64,000 nucleotides of DNA from contig CAWHBU010000006.1 of the NCBI GenBank assembly GCA_963827685.1, positions 497,932-561,931 on the forward strand, read 5' to 3'. The notes under the pieces were generated by a model. It was not told where the DNA came from, did not search any database, and saw only the letters and a program-made list of their open reading frames with translations. Below, piece after piece: positions 59,960 through 64,000 of this stretch (its first letter is position 1; each line of letters opens with the position of its first letter). This DNA is from an uncultured delta proteobacterium (GTDB taxonomy: Bacteria > Desulfobacterota > BSN033 > UBA1163). Made by a program: the position numbers and the translations under genes.

Positions 59960-60157
59960 TGCTGTACAAAATTGTAAATTAAGGGAGTGTCACAATGATT
60001 TTTAAGGCGTGTTTTAAACTGCGTGGCAAAAATCGGGACAGTGATTGTTCTACTTGAACTGGTGCGGATGTTGATGCTCTTGCCGGTTTTCTTTACGGTT
60101 CTGTTTTAAACCTCAAGTTCCAGCAGGGCCATCATTTTCAGCATGAAGGAGGCTAAT

Positions 60158-60541
60158 ATGGTAGAAACAGAAAAATCAAAGTCATTTAATACCATATCTT
60201 TTCTCAAATGGATATCTATCGGTCTAATATGTGCTCAATTGCTTGTTAAATTCTATCTCGAACTGCCAAAGGCTGCCGAGCTATTATCAACAAATCCATT
60301 TGTGTTGGAAACGGCTGGTATTTTGACAGTTGTATGGATTATTCTTGTGCCTCTCTGTGTGTTGAATAATAGAGGGGCTTTTCTTGTTGGTTCAATTTGG
60401 GGTATTCTGCATGTTTTTGCTGGTATAGCAACACCCGCATCAGGAACATGCAATCATATTTATTTTGGGCCCTTCGTAGTTGGTTCTCATGGATTGTTAA
60501 TAACAGTTTTTTGCTTTCTTGTATATAAAAAGCTGAAATGA
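60158..60541 (+). CDS. 4-TM membrane protein, divergent paralog C
   Basis: AAGGAGG RBS; KFYLELP, LVG..WG, SG..HG..VFC pattern shared with A/B/D. Confidence 0.75.
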   Translation: MVETEKSKSFNTISFLKWISIGLICAQLLVKFYLELPKAAELLSTNPFVLETAGILTVVWIILVPLCVLNNRGAFLVGSIWGILHVFAGIATPASGTCNHIYFGPFVVGSHGLLITVFCFLVYKKLK

Positions 60542-60650
60542 TAGGTTGGCCTGCGGTTCAGGAAGAGTCTGGATTGATCAGCGCTGTATGGCAGAGGTCG
60601 GAAATGGAAAGCTTAAACCACCAAAAACAAAATATTGAAGGAGGAAAATT

Positions 60651-62546
60651 ATGGATCAAATAAAATCACCATCCATTTATATTCAAGTCGCTGTAGCTGC
60701 ATTGCTCTATAATCTATTGCACATGTTTGCTTGGGAGTTACCCATAGCAATAAGGCTCGGCTGGAGGATCAATGTTATTGGGGATGTCTTTATTATTTCA
60801 ATTTCAACCATGAGTATTATTCTTATATCCTTTAGAAAAAAAATAGGGCTAATTTTGGGGATGATACCTGCTCTCTGGGCGATACTGCTTCAATGGCTTT
60901 TAGTATATATCATCTCCGGCTATAGAGAGCCGAATGGCGTTTGGTGGTATCCTATCTTCCCAATTTTTCAAGGCATCATGATTGGGTATTTTTCTATTCT
61001 CACATACAGGGACGATAACCTTCAACATGAAAGCGGGCTGGAAATCACGAAGGGGTTAAAATCACCATCCATCTACCTTTACGCTGTCAGTGGCTTCTTG
61101 CTGGTGCAAACCGGGCAAAAATTCGTCCGTGAAATGGTTGTAGGATTTCAAGAAGGAGGAATAAGAGGTGTATTAAGTGTCATATTAATACAAACGCATT
61201 AAGTAATGTTACATAGCCTACGAATCTTTTGACAAGACCATGAGCGAGTTGTTTTACAAACGACAGACCAAAGATTATCAAGGTTTTCAAACCAACGGTT
61301 GGTGGTGGATTCATAGCGAACACTGCGCCAAATCCGTTCTTGCACGTTTAATCCCGGTTGATACGGGGGTAAATATTCGATATGGAGCCTCGGATGTTTT
61401 TTAAGAAATTGTTCGATGGGATCGCCTCTGTGCCAGCGGGCCCTGTCGACATAAAGCCAAATGGTATATCCTTTAAGCCTTCCATAGAGGTGGCGCAAAA
61501 GTTTGAGAAACCCTTCTCTATCCCCCCGTTTTGTCTGAATCATGCCATAGCGTCCAAGCAAAGGATTGACCCACCCAGAGATATTCAAACGGATACGATG
61601 CTGGCTGGTCGTGGGAATCTTAAGACGCTTTCCTTTTTTCGCCCAGCCCCGGCTAAGCCTGGGGTGCATCGTAAAGCCTGTCTCATCCTGGAATACAATT
61701 GTCTCTTTTGGCCCCAGGGACTCAAGTTTTTTTTAAAGCCCGCTGGAACTTTCGGGCTTCTTGGCTTTGTGCTTGAAGATAAGAATAACTCGCTCTCTTT
61801 AACCGATAACCCAAATGATGCATCCAGCGTTGGGCTTGCCGCACCTTCAGGTTTATCCCGAAAGACCGTTTCAGATGAATCGCAACCGTTGGCCCATCCC
61901 ATTGAGTCCGGTTTAAACCAAATTCCCGCGGAGACTTCTCTAAGTGTCCCTCCAGCACCCTTTGAATCTTTGTCTCTAACCGTGGAGGCCTTCCCGATCT
62001 TGGCTTGGATTTTAAGAACTCTAAGCCGTCTTTGTTCACCCCGTGAATCCATCGGCTTAAACTCATCCGGGTCAACCCTAACACCTCGGTTATCCATCCC
62101 GGACGTTGCCCTTCAAGCACCAGGAGTAAGGCGGCTATCTTTATGCCTATCCAAGCCCCTGATATTTGTTCGGCTAATGCTAATAAACGCTCTTTATTGG
62201 CCTCTTTATGCTCTAAGATTAATGTGGGATTTTTCATGCCCACATATTAACATAAATAAACTGTTATGTCACTTTATTTAGGACGTTTGTATTAGTTACG
62301 CTGATCATGATTGTAGCGGCGGTTATGGTATTAAAAAGAATGAAGTGGGGTGTGGGGTTAGCGCTATTTTCGGGGGTTATAGTGCTGATGCAACCCATCG
62401 TATATCACATGATCATGGGAAAGCCTTGCCTTGGCGGGATATGGTGGTATCCAATTTTCACCGCAATTCAAGGTACATTTATCGTATATTTTTCTTTGCT
62501 TGCTTTTTTTAATAAAAGGAAAATCACTGATCAAATACATTCATAG
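60651..62546 (+). pseudogene. 8-TM protein (tandem duplication of the 4-TM domain) interrupted by IS630
   Basis: Removing the IS and one TA restores the frame (..VIL|VTLIMIV..), giving 262 aa; internal repeats KSPSIY and WWYPIF..QG..YFS. Confidence 0.88.
61186..62294 (-). mobile_element. IS630-family IS, copy 2 (inverted relative to 6095-7203)
   Basis: Same IRs and length; OrfA 61722..62243, OrfB 61199..61669; TA target duplication. Confidence 0.93.
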
Positions 62547-62685
62547 TGTGGCTGGCGTCTTGCTATATCCTAAGCAACAATGAGCAGAACCGTCAACAAG
62601 GAATGGAATAATAGATTATCATAATGCAAGACCTAACCATCGCTCCTTATGGAGGGGTGATATTATTAGTGAGAGGAGAGAAATT

Positions 62686-63678
62686 ATGGAGAAAGGCGCT
62701 GTTGTAATTCTTGCTGTTCTCGTTTTAACGGTTTCAGGATTATTAATGTATTTTTATCTTGATTTCAAATGGGGCACTCAAAAGGTGGATTCATTCTGTC
62801 GGAATTTAACTATGAATAAAATTAAAAACCTCGGAACTACAAAGACGCTGGAAATTTTACCCCTGATCGACTGGTATGCAGATAGCAACGATTTGAAGGG
62901 CGAAGCGGGGGTGTCTTATCTGGTGAAAACAGATGAATCTCTAATCCTCTTTGATGTTGGCGCAAACTTTAAAAATGAAGACCCATCGCCTTTACTCCAT
63001 AATATGAAGAAATTGGGTGTAGAACTGGACAAGATAGGTGTTATTGTAATCTCCCACAACCATGTAGACCATGTTGGCGGATTCAAATGGAGTAAAGGAA
63101 AATCGTTTTCACTGACAACCAATCAGACTGATTTAGGGGCAAAGAGGGTATATACGCCTGTTCCCATGACATACCCGGGATTAAAGCCTGTATGCGCAGA
63201 TAACGCGGCAATTATTTCAAAGGGCGTTGCTACTACCGGAACAATCCCGCGCTATCTTTTCTTTAGTGGCTGGACGCCGGAACAGGCGCTGGCAATCAAT
63301 GTAGAGGGCAAAGGTGTTGTCCTTGTTGTGGGCTGTGGGCATCAGACAGTTCCAAGGTTAATTAAGCGAGCTCGGGAACTCTTTGAGGCGCCGATTTATG
63401 GTATAGTGGGTGGCCTTCACTATGCGGTCACAGATAGCAGGATGAAAATACTCGGTATTCCTATCCAGAAGTTATACGGGACGGGTAAACCGCCATGGAA
63501 CTTTATAACCATGGAGGAAGTAAATAGAGACATAGAAGTTCTAAGGAAAATCAAGCCAGGAATTGTTGCGCTTTCAGCGCACGATAGCTGTGATGCAAGC
63601 ATAGATGCCTTCAGGAAGGCCTTTCCTTCTGCTTTCAAGGATATTAGGGTAGGTAAAAAGTTGGTGATCGGAGGCTAG
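62686..63678 (+). CDS. Membrane-anchored MBL-fold metallo-hydrolase
   Basis: N-terminal TM, LFDVG, SHNHVDHVGG (HxHxDH), GCGH, GGLH. Confidence 0.9.
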   Translation: MEKGAVVILAVLVLTVSGLLMYFYLDFKWGTQKVDSFCRNLTMNKIKNLGTTKTLEILPLIDWYADSNDLKGEAGVSYLVKTDESLILFDVGANFKNEDPSPLLHNMKKLGVELDKIGVIVISHNHVDHVGGFKWSKGKSFSLTTNQTDLGAKRVYTPVPMTYPGLKPVCADNAAIISKGVATTGTIPRYLFFSGWTPEQALAINVEGKGVVLVVGCGHQTVPRLIKRARELFEAPIYGIVGGLHYAVTDSRMKILGIPIQKLYGTGKPPWNFITMEEVNRDIEVLRKIKPGIVALSAHDSCDASIDAFRKAFPSAFKDIRVGKKLVIGG

Positions 63679-63765
63679 CTGAACCAGGGAGGTATTTAAG
63701 GAACGTCGTTACCTAAATTGCAAAGAACTTGAAAACGTGGTGAGAATTCAAGAACACATTCTTAG

Positions 63766-63924
63766 ATCACCGCAAGATCAACGATCCTGCGAAAAGGGAA
63801 ACAGATTCTCAATGCCCAGTGTGAACTCTTGGACGCTAACGGGGGCATCATAGCCAGGGGGATCTCAAACCTGGTGAGATCGAAAATCCCGGCATACGAG
63901 CCAGAGAGGATGCAGCTACACTAA
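63766..63924 (+). pseudogene. C-terminal fragment of a second PaaI-like thioesterase
   Basis: Manual translation ITARSTILRKGKQILNAQCELLDANGGIIARGISNL..*, preceded in frame by TAG. Confidence 0.55.
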
Positions 63925-64000
63925 GTCAGAACAGGGTCTTGACAGGCTTACCGAGAATACCCAGTTATACCCATCAAATTTTCAGACAAAAAAGAGGAAG

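Overview
Bacterial chromosome segment. Gene order and content suggest Desulfobacterota/Deltaproteobacteria (inference). Core blocks are: a thiolase-crotonase-etfB-etfA(ferredoxin-fused) acyl-CoA operon, pdxA, mfd with three parvulin/SurA PPIases, rimO, lysS-lolE-lolD-bamA-skp-lpxD-fabZ-lpxA-(gnnA-like)-lpxB-msbA-waaA-lpxK, and leuACD. Accessory regions: (1) a decayed integron between surA and pdxA (intI C-terminal remnant, candidate Pc/attI, one gene cassette) invaded by two IS630 elements, an IS1202-like element and a MITE; (2) a defence island with an IS110 remnant, a C-protein/BamHI-like restriction-modification system bracketed by direct repeats, broken nuclease genes and vapBC; (3) the best candidate for an undescribed system, a compact operon of an Amidase_3 amidase, a MamK-like actin and a pseudo-receiver-TM-SPOR protein, with no magnetosome genes in view; (4) an ArsR-controlled cluster with five copies of an unrecognised 4-TM domain interleaved with SAM-binding, thioesterase and MBL-fold genes. 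A TPR/tandem-cNMP-binding gene sits between lolE and lolD, and many intra-operon spacers are degenerate 7/8-mer inverted-repeat hairpins. No rRNA, tRNA or CRISPR array was seen. All family calls come from motif recognition by eye; no searches were run.
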